The notes: generated from the sequence alone by a model not told the origin. A stretch of DNA of 64,000 nt from Aeropyrum sp. (GCA_015523465.1 WAKF01000023.1:6184-70183); one strand, 5' to 3'; positions 26,561-36,391 are shown, counted from the stretch's first letter. Program-made: numbers and translations.

Positions 26561-28425
26561 CTCCTTACGGCCCCCATAGCAATGTATATTACTACTGGGA
26601 GGGCTAAGGCGGCAGCGGCTAGAGTCAGCATGTAAAGGCTTAACTCGCCTCTCTCAGCAACTTCACCCTGAGGTGATGATGGAGCCCCAGGTATACCTGG
26701 GAAGGCTACGCCGGCCCCCGGGGCTTGTCCTTCACCTTGAGGCGCCTCTACTTCAGCCCTGCCACCGGCCCCAGGCGTTGTGTCAGTATAGATTGTAGTG
26801 GTCTCCGTAACAGTTATAGTCTGAGTGACTGTCTCGACTTCTCTAATAGTCACAGTTAAAGTCTCAATCCTTGTAACCGTCATTGTAATAGCTTCTTCGG
26901 AAGTAGTCTGCGGGAATGCTGAAAGATAGACTCCCGGACCCACGTATTTTATGAATGCTATGCTGCCTTCATGCTCAACAGGATCTAATTGGGCCTCGCC
27001 GTCGTCAGTGATAGCAATGAGCCTAGCCTCAGGTATGGTTATTAAACCTATAAACACGTCTTTAAGGTTACCCTCAATCCTAACTCCCACCCCAGGATAT
27101 GGTAGTTCCCCGCTGCTTAGGATCTCTGCTAGAAGCCATCCGAAACCAAGATCGTCCCCCGTCTTAATGACAACGCCGCCTAGCTCCACCCTAAAGCCCG
27201 GAGCCCATAGCCCCTCGGCCAAGTAGACACTAAGAGCGCTCTCAGCAACTACACGTTCTAGAGCATGCGATACTAGAGGGGTTATGAACACACTTTCACT
27301 ATCTCCATCGATCCTTGCAACACCTTTAATCGCCTCAATTTTCATGGTTTGAGCTTCTAGGACTACTCCCTCGCACGTGCCTTCAGAGGTCTCTATTAAC
27401 TCTACTCCATCGTTAACCTTGAGGTTGTTAATACAAGCCATGTAAGCTATAGACGCTATGCTCAGGGGGTCCGATGTTATGGTGAGAGAAAGCGCCTGCT
27501 CTTTGGGGTCAAATGAGGCATCAATTATAGCTAAGTAAGAACTTATAATAGTGAACTTTGACACGGTATATAACGATATCTTGTCGGACTCGGAGTCTAT
27601 GGTAATGTTAGTAGTGTATGACGTCTCATAATCTACTACTACAAATCTATTCATTACGTTGAAGCTTCCTAGGCCATCTAACCCTTGTAACTGAGCTTTT
27701 ACAGTCACCGCAGGCTCAGGCTCATATACCAGGTTAACTTCCATAGATACTATACCCAACTCTCCCGCTTGCTCCTCCAGACCTCTAAGGAACGAGTAAA
27801 TAGCTGAAGCGGCTATCAAGTCTAAACTATAGTTCCCTGTATCTGGCTTTAGAAAGCCTTCAATTACAAAGCCTTCTTCAGGGCATGACGTGTCAAAATA
27901 GATTATTATAGGTAGGTCCTCGCCTACCTGTGGTAGTCCCATAGTAGCTAAACCTGTTATCTCCCCTTCACAACCATCCTTCTCTAGGCCTTTTTCAAGC
28001 CTCCTATCCACAATACCCGAGATACCAAGCTTTCCCCCAGCTTCCTGACTTAAGATAGTTGCGTCGAACGCGTATGATTCCTCTATAACAGTTTCTCCGC
28101 CTATTGCCTCTCTTACCCCTTCTACAGTTAGTTCTAAGCTCTCTAGCCCAGATAGATTAGCTATGAGCCCCCCTCCATCAACCTCTATACTAGCCTCTAT
28201 GAAAATAGTATTAGAGGCCGGGTCAACGTCAACATTGAAAGTAGGAAAGCTTAAATGTGGGCCTGGGTTTCCAGCGTCGCTAAACTGTAGGACCTCTGAC
28301 ATAGGCACGATTATAGTAACGGAGGCCTGCGGATATGGGGTTGCTGAGGTTGCTATTGCTTCAATGGAACCTCCGGCGAGAGAGACTACTATTAAAGCTG
28401 CGAAGGCTAAGACCTCTAGACGCAA
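26539..28425 (-). CDS. Large cell-surface protein with Thr-rich stalk and C-terminal membrane anchor
   Basis: Signal peptide, acidic beta-rich body, TMTVTRIETLTVT...TITVTETTT linker, Pro/Gly spacer, TM helix followed by RR. Confidence 0.75.
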   Translation of the reverse strand: MRLEVLAFAALIVVSLAGGSIEAIATSATPYPQASVTIIVPMSEVLQFSDAGNPGPHLSFPTFNVDVDPASNTIFIEASIEVDGGGLIANLSGLESLELTVEGVREAIGGETVIEESYAFDATILSQEAGGKLGISGIVDRRLEKGLEKDGCEGEITGLATMGLPQVGEDLPIIIYFDTSCPEEGFVIEGFLKPDTGNYSLDLIAASAIYSFLRGLEEQAGELGIVSMEVNLVYEPEPAVTVKAQLQGLDGLGSFNVMNRFVVVDYETSYTTNITIDSESDKISLYTVSKFTIISSYLAIIDASFDPKEQALSLTITSDPLSIASIAYMACINNLKVNDGVELIETSEGTCEGVVLEAQTMKIEAIKGVARIDGDSESVFITPLVSHALERVVAESALSVYLAEGLWAPGFRVELGGVVIKTGDDLGFGWLLAEILSSGELPYPGVGVRIEGNLKDVFIGLITIPEARLIAITDDGEAQLDPVEHEGSIAFIKYVGPGVYLSAFPQTTSEEAITMTVTRIETLTVTIREVETVTQTITVTETTTIYTDTTPGAGGRAEVEAPQGEGQAPGAGVAFPGIPGAPSSPQGEVAERGELSLYMLTLAAAALALPVVIYIAMGAVRRWPGGSS

Positions 28426-28649
28426 CTCTCCAACCCCAGCTTCTTAGACGCCTCTGGAAGAGTTATACTCACTATCTTCCCTTCACGAAGATTCACTATG
28501 ACATCATCTCCTACGAGCATGCTCTCGTCTGGGTCACTTTTAGAGAATATTATGTGAAGTGTATCGCTCACCCTATCATACTCTACTAGGAGGAAAGATA
28601 GATCCTCGATACAGTAAGCCTTGTTGCCAAGACCCTTAGACTCCGCCAT
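28416..28649 (-). CDS. DUF2283 domain protein
   Basis: VEYDRVSDTLHIIF...DDVIVNLREGKIVSITLPEASKKL pattern; start placed at ATG 28649. Confidence 0.75.
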   Translation of the reverse strand: MAESKGLGNKAYCIEDLSFLLVEYDRVSDTLHIIFSKSDPDESMLVGDDVIVNLREGKIVSITLPEASKKLGLESCV

Positions 28650-29238
28650 AACCCATACCCTCACAATAGTAGATTATCCGTGGAGACCACATGTAGTATT
28701 TGGTGGCTCTGGCTTGATCATAGGTGTTGTCAGCGACAGCCACGATAATAGGGGTAATGTGAGGGTTGCCGCTAAACTTTTAAGGAGTCTAGGAGTAGAA
28801 TACTTAGTCCATCTGGGAGACGTCGTAGCCCCCTTCACTCTCAGGGACCTCCTAGAGAGCGTTAAGCCCAGACGCTTCACGCTAGTGTATGGTAACAACG
28901 ACGGAGAGAAAGTTGGGCTCAGCCTTGAGGCTTCAAAGGCCGGAGGTAGAGCTCTAGACCAGCCGGTAGTTCTAAAACTTGACGGAAGGAGGATCTTAGC
29001 CCTTCACGGTTTTGGCGCTCCAGACGTTACTAGGGAAGTAGTTGAGAGCTTAGCAGAGTCTAGAAGGTGGGATGCAGTCCTTTACGGTCACACCCACGAA
29101 GCCGACTTCAGGTATATTAGGGGAGTCCTACTTTTAAATCCTGGCGACCTCAGCGGGCAGCTTGGTAAGCCCTCTATAGCTCTGCTAGACACATCTACTA
29201 TGAGGGCGAGGCTGATCGACCTTGATGTTAAAGATTGA
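28621..29238 (+). CDS. Metallophosphoesterase, YfcE/MJ0936 family
   Basis: VSDSHDN, HLGDVV, GNND, HGHTH-type YGHTHE, LNPG; real start probably TTG near 28711. Confidence 0.9.
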   Translation: MLPRPLDSAITHTLTIVDYPWRPHVVFGGSGLIIGVVSDSHDNRGNVRVAAKLLRSLGVEYLVHLGDVVAPFTLRDLLESVKPRRFTLVYGNNDGEKVGLSLEASKAGGRALDQPVVLKLDGRRILALHGFGAPDVTREVVESLAESRRWDAVLYGHTHEADFRYIRGVLLLNPGDLSGQLGKPSIALLDTSTMRARLIDLDVKD

Positions 29239-29623
29239 GAGGGTCGAAGTAGGACCTTTGAGGAACCTCCTAATAGAGCGTGCGTCCAAGTCTAGACACG
29301 AAGTTGTGGGCATATTATTAGGTGTTGTGAAGGAAGGCGTTGGAAGAATCTACGCAATATACCTCGTAGAGAACCTTAAGAAGTCTCCCGTAGCCTTCGA
29401 AGCTGATCCGTGGCAGGTAGTTCAATCCTATAAATCGTCGGAGAAGTATGGGATCGAAGTTATTGGTATATTCCACACTCACACTTCATGCCCAGCAAGC
29501 CCCAGCCCTAGAGATGTTGAAGGGATGAGGGCATGGCCGTATATATGGCTGATAGCTTGTCCTGAGGAGCTGAGAGCATGGCTTCCAGGGGCGCGGGAGC
29601 CTGTAGAAGTTAGTTTAACCTAG
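29222..29623 (+). CDS. JAB/MPN+ (JAMM) metalloprotease
   Basis: HEVVGILLG and IFHTHTSCPASPSPRD (HxH-x7-S-x2-D). Confidence 0.88.
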   Translation: MMLKIERVEVGPLRNLLIERASKSRHEVVGILLGVVKEGVGRIYAIYLVENLKKSPVAFEADPWQVVQSYKSSEKYGIEVIGIFHTHTSCPASPSPRDVEGMRAWPYIWLIACPEELRAWLPGAREPVEVSLT

Positions 29624-29640
29624 TTTTCTTAAGTTTATTT

Positions 29641-30042
29641 TCAATGCTTAGCTCCATTTACAGGCTTAAACCCGGTAGCTGGGCATCCATACTTTATGGC
29701 GAGCACATTTAGCCTATTACAAATGTCGCAGACAAGCCTCTGCATCTCAATATATCCTTCTTCTCCGGAACTCTCGGATACCCTAACAAGGACGTCTGCA
29801 AGCTTTCGGACGACTCTCTTCATGCTGGCATCGCTTAGAATAACATCAACAAACTTGTCCCCACGCTTCCCGCCAAGGTAGTATGATATGGCGGCTGGCG
29901 TGGTCCCAAGCACCTTGGCGGCAGCATACTTACTCATTCTCCTCTCTTCAACGAGGACCCTAGCAACAGCAGCCCTAATCGAGGGGAATATGTTCCTCGC
30001 AGCATACTCGCACGGCAGCTCATACCTAGGCGATATCACCAC
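29641..30042 (-). CDS. HTH transcriptional regulator (COG2522-like)
   Basis: LPCEYAARNIFPSIRA, AAKVLGTTPAAISYYLGGKRG, distal CDIC. Confidence 0.82.
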   Translation of the reverse strand: MVISPRYELPCEYAARNIFPSIRAAVARVLVEERRMSKYAAAKVLGTTPAAISYYLGGKRGDKFVDVILSDASMKRVVRKLADVLVRVSESSGEEGYIEMQRLVCDICNRLNVLAIKYGCPATGFKPVNGAKH

Positions 30043-30473
30043 TAACGACCCCCCAACACTTCCATTAACCTTTAACAGGCGTTCATAGAAAATATACTTT
30101 TCTTACAACCGTTCATGCGAGCGCTCCTACAACGATATCCTTCAGGTTTAATAGCCACACAACAGCTTAAACGCGCCTTAACTACCCGCACACCAACCAA
30201 TACAATTATGCTACGTCAAAACGGCTTTACCTCGTAGATGAATCTACTGATATTACAATGACTATAACACCTAAATCTAAATAGCCATGAGTCATAAGAC
30301 TTAGTTAACTAGAACGCCATCATCTATTCCCCGCGTTCTTGTCTGAGGGTTTGACGTTCTCCGTATTACTGTTAGGGAGGCGGGACGCTGGGATTTCATA
30401 TTATGGGAAGTCCGAGAAGCATATAAACCCTTTGCTATATATTATTACTGGGTGGAGTGCAGAGCCGAGGTGA

Positions 30474-30983
30474 GTGTTGATGAGCCAAGAGGGTAGGAGC
30501 TACAGGCTTGTACTCAGGAAGACCGCGAGGGGCCCTGTGATTCAGTTTAGAGTTAGTGCTCCGGAGATGCGCGAGTCAACGCTGATAAGGATGGGTGGGA
30601 AGAAGGCTAGCGAGATCTTTGACGAGATGGTTGGTGTGTTGAAGAAGCATGGGTTTATAACGGAGGAGGCTACTAGCGAGAATTACAGGGCTTATAGGCT
30701 TAAGCCTGAGATCGGGCCTGTCGTCGGCGGTTATCTCGTCTTAATTAGGAGGAGCAGGGATCCCAGCGCCTGGATACCCTTCTTTGAGGATATGGTGACC
30801 GAGGAGAAGTTTAAGGGAGCCCATGCTCTCCTAAGCCACGCTCTCAGTCTTAGCGAAGAGCTAAGCAAGATTAGCCCGCCTCCAGAGAGGGTTAGGATGC
30901 AGCTATCACCGAAGGTCCTTGACAGCGTGAGCGCAGGGTTCAAGGCTATAGTGAGAAAGCTGTGGGGTATTAGGAAGAAATAG
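30474..30983 (+). CDS. Hypothetical protein (169 aa)
   Basis: TATA-like ATATAAA and SD GAGGTGA upstream; host-like codons. Confidence 0.75.
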   Translation: MLMSQEGRSYRLVLRKTARGPVIQFRVSAPEMRESTLIRMGGKKASEIFDEMVGVLKKHGFITEEATSENYRAYRLKPEIGPVVGGYLVLIRRSRDPSAWIPFFEDMVTEEKFKGAHALLSHALSLSEELSKISPPPERVRMQLSPKVLDSVSAGFKAIVRKLWGIRKK

Positions 30984-31049
30984 CGAATAACTGTCTAGAT
31001 CCTGCTAGCCCCCTTCTTTTTAACTATTCTAATATTTAATGAGAGGTTA

Positions 31050-31661
31050 TTATCTCTTATACCTCCCCATTAATAGTGCGTAGCCTATCACCTTCCCCTC
31101 CATAGCTTTCATCACGTAGTCCGCGTCAGCCCCGTGAGGCAGACCTAGGGTCTCAATGTTTAGGGCGTGAAGGGCGAAATAGTACCTATGCTCCCCATGT
31201 AACCTGGGCGGGCATGGCCCACCGTAGCCCAGACCCCAGAAGTCATTCATCCCATGTATTCCTAACCCCTCAATCCTAGGCTCCATAGGCACGGCTTCTG
31301 GTATCTCTCTCCTATTAGCCGGTATATCGTAGAGTACCCAGTGGATGAATGTTCCTCTGGGGGCGTCGGGGTCGTACATTATCAAAGCAAAGCTTCGCGT
31401 ACCTTCCGGCGGATCGCTCCATTTCAAGGGAGGATTAATGTCCCTTCCGTCACATGTATAGTTGGGCGGTATGTAGGAGCCGTGCTGGAATGCAGGGCTC
31501 TCAAGTTTGAATTCCGAGCCAGCTCTAATTACGTATTCCCTCTTCCGAGCCAATTCTAGTCTCCAGAATACACTTTTACCGGAAGCCGGGAAATCCCTAT
31601 TGGACCCTTCAGGCATCAGCCCTAGGAAGTGGGGTGTTAGCACTGCTTCTGTTACTTTCAT
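31050..31661 (-). CDS. YbhB/YbcL family PEBP (Raf kinase inhibitor-like) protein
   Basis: YTCDGRDINPPLKW, DPDAPRGTFIHWV, GYGGPCPP, HRYYFALHAL; true start is probably downstream of 31661. Confidence 0.92.
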   Translation of the reverse strand: MKVTEAVLTPHFLGLMPEGSNRDFPASGKSVFWRLELARKREYVIRAGSEFKLESPAFQHGSYIPPNYTCDGRDINPPLKWSDPPEGTRSFALIMYDPDAPRGTFIHWVLYDIPANRREIPEAVPMEPRIEGLGIHGMNDFWGLGYGGPCPPRLHGEHRYYFALHALNIETLGLPHGADADYVMKAMEGKVIGYALLMGRYKR

Positions 31662-31690
31662 GTAATCCTGGGGTGAGGCTCGGGAATTAC

Positions 31691-32167
31691 ATGCTAAGTA
31701 GAAACTGGAAGCTCGTCTACGACTACATATGGGACCTCGTAGATGCCGGTAAAGTTTACCTAGCTGCTGTTGATAGCTGCAAGCCTGGGATAGTGTACTG
31801 GGGGTCTGAGGGAGACTTTAGGTGGTGTGATGTCAACCCGCGCTGGGATACCCTATACTCTAAAGACCCTTGGAGGCTGGAGGTCCTTGTCCGAGCCCTG
31901 GAAAAGGACTTAAAAGAGGCGTGGACTGTGTTTGGCTTAATAGCGTCTTACGTGGAGGTGAAGGCATATAGAGTGGCTTTGTCTAGAGCCTCTAAGGCTA
32001 GCGGTGTAAAGGTCCTACACCTAGGCCCTCCAAAGCCCACACCGCTGAGCCTCTCGTCTAGAGTCAACAGGGCTAGGCTTAGGAGGGCTTTGATAGAGCT
32101 TACCGGAGCCTCTGCCAGCTACGAGCCGCCGCCGCCCAGGGTGGGAAGGCCTCTACCAAGGGGCTAG
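31691..32167 (+). CDS. Hypothetical protein
   Basis: ORF-track frame; ATG at 31691 avoids the overlap with the PEBP gene. Confidence 0.55.
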   Translation: MLSRNWKLVYDYIWDLVDAGKVYLAAVDSCKPGIVYWGSEGDFRWCDVNPRWDTLYSKDPWRLEVLVRALEKDLKEAWTVFGLIASYVEVKAYRVALSRASKASGVKVLHLGPPKPTPLSLSSRVNRARLRRALIELTGASASYEPPPPRVGRPLPRG

Positions 32168-32854
32168 GAGGGTTGACAGAGTAGCTCCTATAACGTAGAA
32201 GACTACAACTGCATCCAGGGGTGTGGGTTTGAGGGGTGGACGCGCTCCCCTACCCTGAGGAACCTTCCTATGGTGTAAGGCTTCTGCGAGTTGCAACGAG
32301 TACCTGTAGAGGTGAACTAGGACTGGAAGGGGGAGCCTGTAGGCTAGCCTAAACCCCCTAAGCCCCCTCCCTTGTAGAGATGCCCTAGCTTCAAGCGCTA
32401 GGACTGATGCTACCTGGGCTTGCCTAGCTACAAGTGATGGAAGTAGAGCCCAGTGGGGCGGCACGCCTATGTATCTTAGCCAGCGATACGAGTCTATAAA
32501 GCTTAGCAGTGAAAGGCTGCCGGAGGATGCTAATGCCATCACCGCTATCCTCCCTGCAGTTTCGATCCCATCGTGGAGACCATAGATTAGAGAGACTATT
32601 GCAAGGCTTGGTAGGGTTAGCCAGGCGAATAGTAGAGCCCCAGACTCTATGATGCCGGAGGCCGCTGAGACTGCTAATGCTAGGATGGAGGCTTCAGTGT
32701 ACTTGTCTTGAGATAGCATTACTAGAGTCCATACTACTACCAGTAGCGCTACCGGGGGTGATAGCCTAGAGGCCATAGAGGCACCGGGCCTCACACCTGC
32801 CAACCCCCATATTAGAGAGTCCCTTGACCTCCGGAGCTCTCTCGGGAGCCCCAT
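32153..32854 (-). CDS. ecfT: ECF transporter transmembrane (T) component
   Basis: Hydrophobic protein with EARASLQGRG coupling-helix motif; last gene of the ECF operon. Confidence 0.78.
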   Translation of the reverse strand: MGLPRELRRSRDSLIWGLAGVRPGASMASRLSPPVALLVVVWTLVMLSQDKYTEASILALAVSAASGIIESGALLFAWLTLPSLAIVSLIYGLHDGIETAGRIAVMALASSGSLSLLSFIDSYRWLRYIGVPPHWALLPSLVARQAQVASVLALEARASLQGRGLRGFRLAYRLPLPVLVHLYRYSLQLAEALHHRKVPQGRGARPPLKPTPLDAVVVFYVIGATLSTLLAPW

Positions 32855-33416
32855 TATAGACTACTCTACCCCGCCTTAGACTAACTACACTCTCAGTTAC
32901 TGCTAGAGTAAAGAGAGGGTCGTGAGTGGCCATGAGCACAGGCCTACCTAGAGATTCTATGAGTTTAATGAGCCACCTCTTCCAGTAGACATCTAACCCT
33001 GCTGTCGGCTCGTCTAGCACTATAGCATCAGGCTCCCACGCTACAGCGAGTATTATTGAAAGCCTTCTAGCTTCTCCGAGGCTCAGGGTAAAAGGGCTCC
33101 TCTCTGCAGTGTGCTCCAGCCCAGACTCCCTTAACAGCCTAAGTGCCTCGCTACGCCCACCAGCAACCTCTGCAACCTCCTCCACAACTTTGGGCCTATG
33201 GAACGACATGTAGGGATTCTGCCACGCAGCACCTATCCTCGAGGGCCTCTCGACATAGCCTTTACTAGGCCTTAGAGCGCCCGAAGCTACCATTAGAAGG
33301 GTGGTCTTACCGGAACCATTAGGCCCCAAGACTCCCATTACACCTTTAACGTGTAGACTTACATCCTCGAGCCTACCTTCTACAGATACCGATTCAAGCC
33401 TCCACCTAGTCTTCAA
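32766..33416 (-). CDS. ecfA: ECF transporter ATPase
   Basis: GPNGSGKTT, WQNP, LSLGEARR, VLDEPT, THD. Confidence 0.88.
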   Translation of the reverse strand: MKTRWRLESVSVEGRLEDVSLHVKGVMGVLGPNGSGKTTLLMVASGALRPSKGYVERPSRIGAAWQNPYMSFHRPKVVEEVAEVAGGRSEALRLLRESGLEHTAERSPFTLSLGEARRLSIILAVAWEPDAIVLDEPTAGLDVYWKRWLIKLIESLGRPVLMATHDPLFTLAVTESVVSLRRGRVVYNGAPERAPEVKGLSNMGVGRCEARCLYGL

Positions 33417-34200
33417 GGCATCTCGCCCTGCAATTCTCTAACCTATCGCCTATGGCTCCGAGAGGGTCCATCAGCTTTGAAGCATAGCCTAATACGTCCC
33501 TCGGAGCGCCTTCAACTACTATTCTCCCCCCGTCCATAACAACTATCTTAGAGGCTAGCCCTGCTACCAGGGAAATTCTATGCTCTGCCACTATTACAGC
33601 CTCAAAGCCCAACTTCTCTATCGACTCCCTCACTAGAGAAGCGCCTACCTCGTCCTGGTGCGCCAGCGGCTCGTCTAGTAGTATCATGGTAGCTCCCATA
33701 GCTAGAGCTGCCGCTATCGCAACCCTCTGCCTTTCTCCGGTGGAGAGGGAGGCGACGCTTCTCTCCAATAGGTCTTCAATACCCAAAGCTTCTGCAGCCC
33801 TTCTAGCAACCCTCACGGCTTCCCACGGAGACGCCCCCCCAGCTTCAGCAGCGTACTCTAGGTCCTCTCTCACTGTAGGCATTATTATGAAGCTGTCAAA
33901 TTCCTGGGGAACCAGAACGGGTTTGCCTTCAACCCTCACGTAACCCTTAAGTATCCCCCCATAGATCTTTGGTACCGCGCCTGATATCACCCTAAGTAGC
34001 GTGCTCTTCCCGGAGCCTGTAGGACCTGTTACTATGCTTAAACCCTTGCCTAGCTCTAGGGTTATTCCGATCAGCGCCCACCCGCTAGAGCCGGGGTACT
34101 TGTAGCTTACGTTCCTGAGTTCTACTAAAGCTCCCATACTTCGTTGAACACCCCCTCGATAGTCTTTAGAGCCCACCTTTCTCTTTCCGAGATGCCACAC
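33406..34200 (-). CDS. ecfA: ECF transporter ATPase
   Basis: GPTGSGKST, LSTGERQR, LLDEP, AEHR; likely start ATG 34137. Confidence 0.88.
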   Translation of the reverse strand: MWHLGKRKVGSKDYRGGVQRSMGALVELRNVSYKYPGSSGWALIGITLELGKGLSIVTGPTGSGKSTLLRVISGAVPKIYGGILKGYVRVEGKPVLVPQEFDSFIIMPTVREDLEYAAEAGGASPWEAVRVARRAAEALGIEDLLERSVASLSTGERQRVAIAAALAMGATMILLDEPLAHQDEVGASLVRESIEKLGFEAVIVAEHRISLVAGLASKIVVMDGGRIVVEGAPRDVLGYASKLMDPLGAIGDRLENCRARCLED

Positions 34201-34643
34201 CTATCGGTTATCCTAACACCCCTGTAAGCGTTGACCACTGCAACTTTAGCTTCCATTAGTGCCTCAACCATTAGCTTAGGATTGCCTGCGTGGAGGTGTA
34301 TTGTAGCGTCGTTAATAAAGAGAGCTGGGAGAGGAGAATATATGTAAGACAGTAGAGCTTTGCTCGTCAGGCGCGAGTTGTGGAGCGCTAGTCTCCAGGC
34401 GCTTCTACAATCTCCCCCAGACTCTAGCCTAGGAGCCCTTAGGCCCCGGGGCCTCACGTACCTAGAGCCCGGCGGAGGCTGCATGGGGGTTCCAACACCG
34501 GCTGTCGCAGGGGCAAAGTCTAAAATGGCGATTGAAGCCGGCCCTGCTACGCCAGCTAAAAGCTTAGCAATTATGGATGTAAGCCTAGTCTTGCCCCTAC
34601 CAGTCTCCCCTACTACAAGCACCCTAACGCTTGAGCTTGACAA
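34125..34643 (-). CDS. Uncharacterised small P-loop NTPase within the ECF operon
   Basis: VLVVGETGRGKT Walker A, ILDFAP, LFIND; overlaps both neighbours. Confidence 0.7.
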   Translation of the reverse strand: MSSSSVRVLVVGETGRGKTRLTSIIAKLLAGVAGPASIAILDFAPATAGVGTPMQPPPGSRYVRPRGLRAPRLESGGDCRSAWRLALHNSRLTSKALLSYIYSPLPALFINDATIHLHAGNPKLMVEALMEAKVAVVNAYRGVRITDRCGISERERWALKTIEGVFNEVWEL

Positions 34644-35151
34644 GGCCCGAGGCCTCCAACACGCCTAACGCCACCATACCAAGCGTAGTACCTATAGCCG
34701 TGCTCGCTAGCCATACTAGCCATATAGGCGTTAAGGCTGCAATCCACTTCTCATAATCGCCCACTATCGGGGCGAAGACGAAGAGTGCCAACAGAAAGCC
34801 TATCACTGCAGTGCCGATTGGCTCCGCAAGGCCCGCAAGTATCGGGTTAAGACCCCTAGCCCTTAGCAACTTAGCAGCGAGGCCCACAAGAACCGCTCCG
34901 GGTATACCGCCTGGTATAGCATAGATCGTTCCTAGCCCCAGACTGATCCTAACGACCCCTATAACTGCAGCTAAACCTCCAGCCCATACGGGGCCTAGTA
35001 GCACGCCTGCAATCACGTTAACCATATGTTGCACAGGGAAGGCCTTAGTAGGGCCTATAGGTATGTAGATGCCTGCAAGGGCTACTGCCAAGCCTCCCAG
35101 CACCGCTGCTAATGCTAGCCGGCGCTCCAGAGACGCAGATTCCAGCGCCAC
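34624..35151 (-). CDS. thiW: ECF S-component ThiW (thiazole precursor uptake)
   Basis: KAFPVQHMVNVIAGVLLGP, GTIYAIPGGIPGA, EPIGTAVIG. Confidence 0.9.
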   Translation of the reverse strand: MALESASLERRLALAAVLGGLAVALAGIYIPIGPTKAFPVQHMVNVIAGVLLGPVWAGGLAAVIGVVRISLGLGTIYAIPGGIPGAVLVGLAAKLLRARGLNPILAGLAEPIGTAVIGFLLALFVFAPIVGDYEKWIAALTPIWLVWLASTAIGTTLGMVALGVLEASGLVKLKR

Positions 35152-35251
35152 CCGGCCCCCACCTCCTTTACTATTAAGAGTGGTAACTGAAGCCTGTAAT
35201 ACTTAAATCCCTACTACCTACTATGAAACTTTAGAAAGCAGTCTTTGTAGC

Positions 35252-36391
35252 TTAACAGGAAACCCTCTTTGACGCCGCCTTCCTAAGGCGATTCATTACA
35301 GCTAGCCCTATACCCCTCTCTGGTACCGGAGCGAATACGGCCACGTCTACATCCATCTTATCGAGGCTCCGGAGCAAGGCGAAGAGCCTTCGAGCAGCCA
35401 CTTCAGGCCTCCCAACAGGTCCTAGGTCTATTACAGCTCTCCATCTAGTTGCAGGGGGAGAAAGCTTCATGGCTAAGTGTAGGACCTCGCTGGGGCCTCC
35501 TATAGCCACTTTAAGCCCCCTAGAGCTGAGGTTAACTGCAGCGCTTACCAAAGCCTTAGCTTGATCTTCTAGGCTAGAACTGGGACAATCAACTAGCACT
35601 ACCGGAGTTTCCGGGGCGTAATGCCTATACTTCATCCCGGGCGCTAGCGGTCTTTCAGCCTCCATTAAGCCTCGGGCTTGAATGGGCACTTGAACTTTGA
35701 CTCCCAGTATCTTCTCGACCTCATCTATGGGGTAGGGACCGGGACGTAGCAGGACCGGGGGGTCCCTGGTAAAGTCTATTATGGTTGACTCGACTCCCAT
35801 GAAAGTCTCGCCAGCATCAAGTATCAAGTCAACTTTACAGTCTAGGTCCTCTACGACGTGCTCCGCTGTAGTAGGACTAGGCCTGCCACTCCTATTAGCG
35901 CTTGGCGCTGCTATGGGGGTCCCTGACGCTTCTATCAAGCCTAGAGCGACCGGGTGAGCGGGAGATCTAACTGCGACCGTATCTAACCCGCCCGTAACTA
36001 TTTTAGGGACCTTGGGGTCACGTGGTACTACAATCGTTAAGGGGCCGGGCCATACTCTCTCCACTAGTCTCCAAGCCTCTTCGGGCACGCTAGAAGCTAC
36101 CAGCCATAGGTCTTCCCGGGAGGCTACATGTATTATTAGCGGGTTGTCTGGGGGCCTACCCTTAACCTCAAATACCCTCTTAGCCGCTTCTGCGTTGAAG
36201 GCATCGGCCCCAAGCCCGTAGACGGTCTCAGTGGGGAACGCCACTAGGCCGCCACGCCTGATCACACTACCAGCCCTATCCAATACCCCTTTGTCAGGCT
36301 CCTCGGGGTCAACCTTAACAACGCATGGAGGAGGGGCTCTGTTAGGGGTGGATCCGGTCATCTGCATCTCCCGCATCCCTATTGGAGTCAT
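35252..36391 (-). CDS. sua5: L-threonylcarbamoyladenylate synthase Sua5
   Basis: AFPTETVYGLGAD, KGRPPDNPLIIH, APSANRSGRPSPT, APGMKYRHYAP, NRLRKAA. Confidence 0.96.
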   Translation of the reverse strand: MTPIGMREMQMTGSTPNRAPPPCVVKVDPEEPDKGVLDRAGSVIRRGGLVAFPTETVYGLGADAFNAEAAKRVFEVKGRPPDNPLIIHVASREDLWLVASSVPEEAWRLVERVWPGPLTIVVPRDPKVPKIVTGGLDTVAVRSPAHPVALGLIEASGTPIAAPSANRSGRPSPTTAEHVVEDLDCKVDLILDAGETFMGVESTIIDFTRDPPVLLRPGPYPIDEVEKILGVKVQVPIQARGLMEAERPLAPGMKYRHYAPETPVVLVDCPSSSLEDQAKALVSAAVNLSSRGLKVAIGGPSEVLHLAMKLSPPATRWRAVIDLGPVGRPEVAARRLFALLRSLDKMDVDVAVFAPVPERGIGLAVMNRLRKAASKRVSC

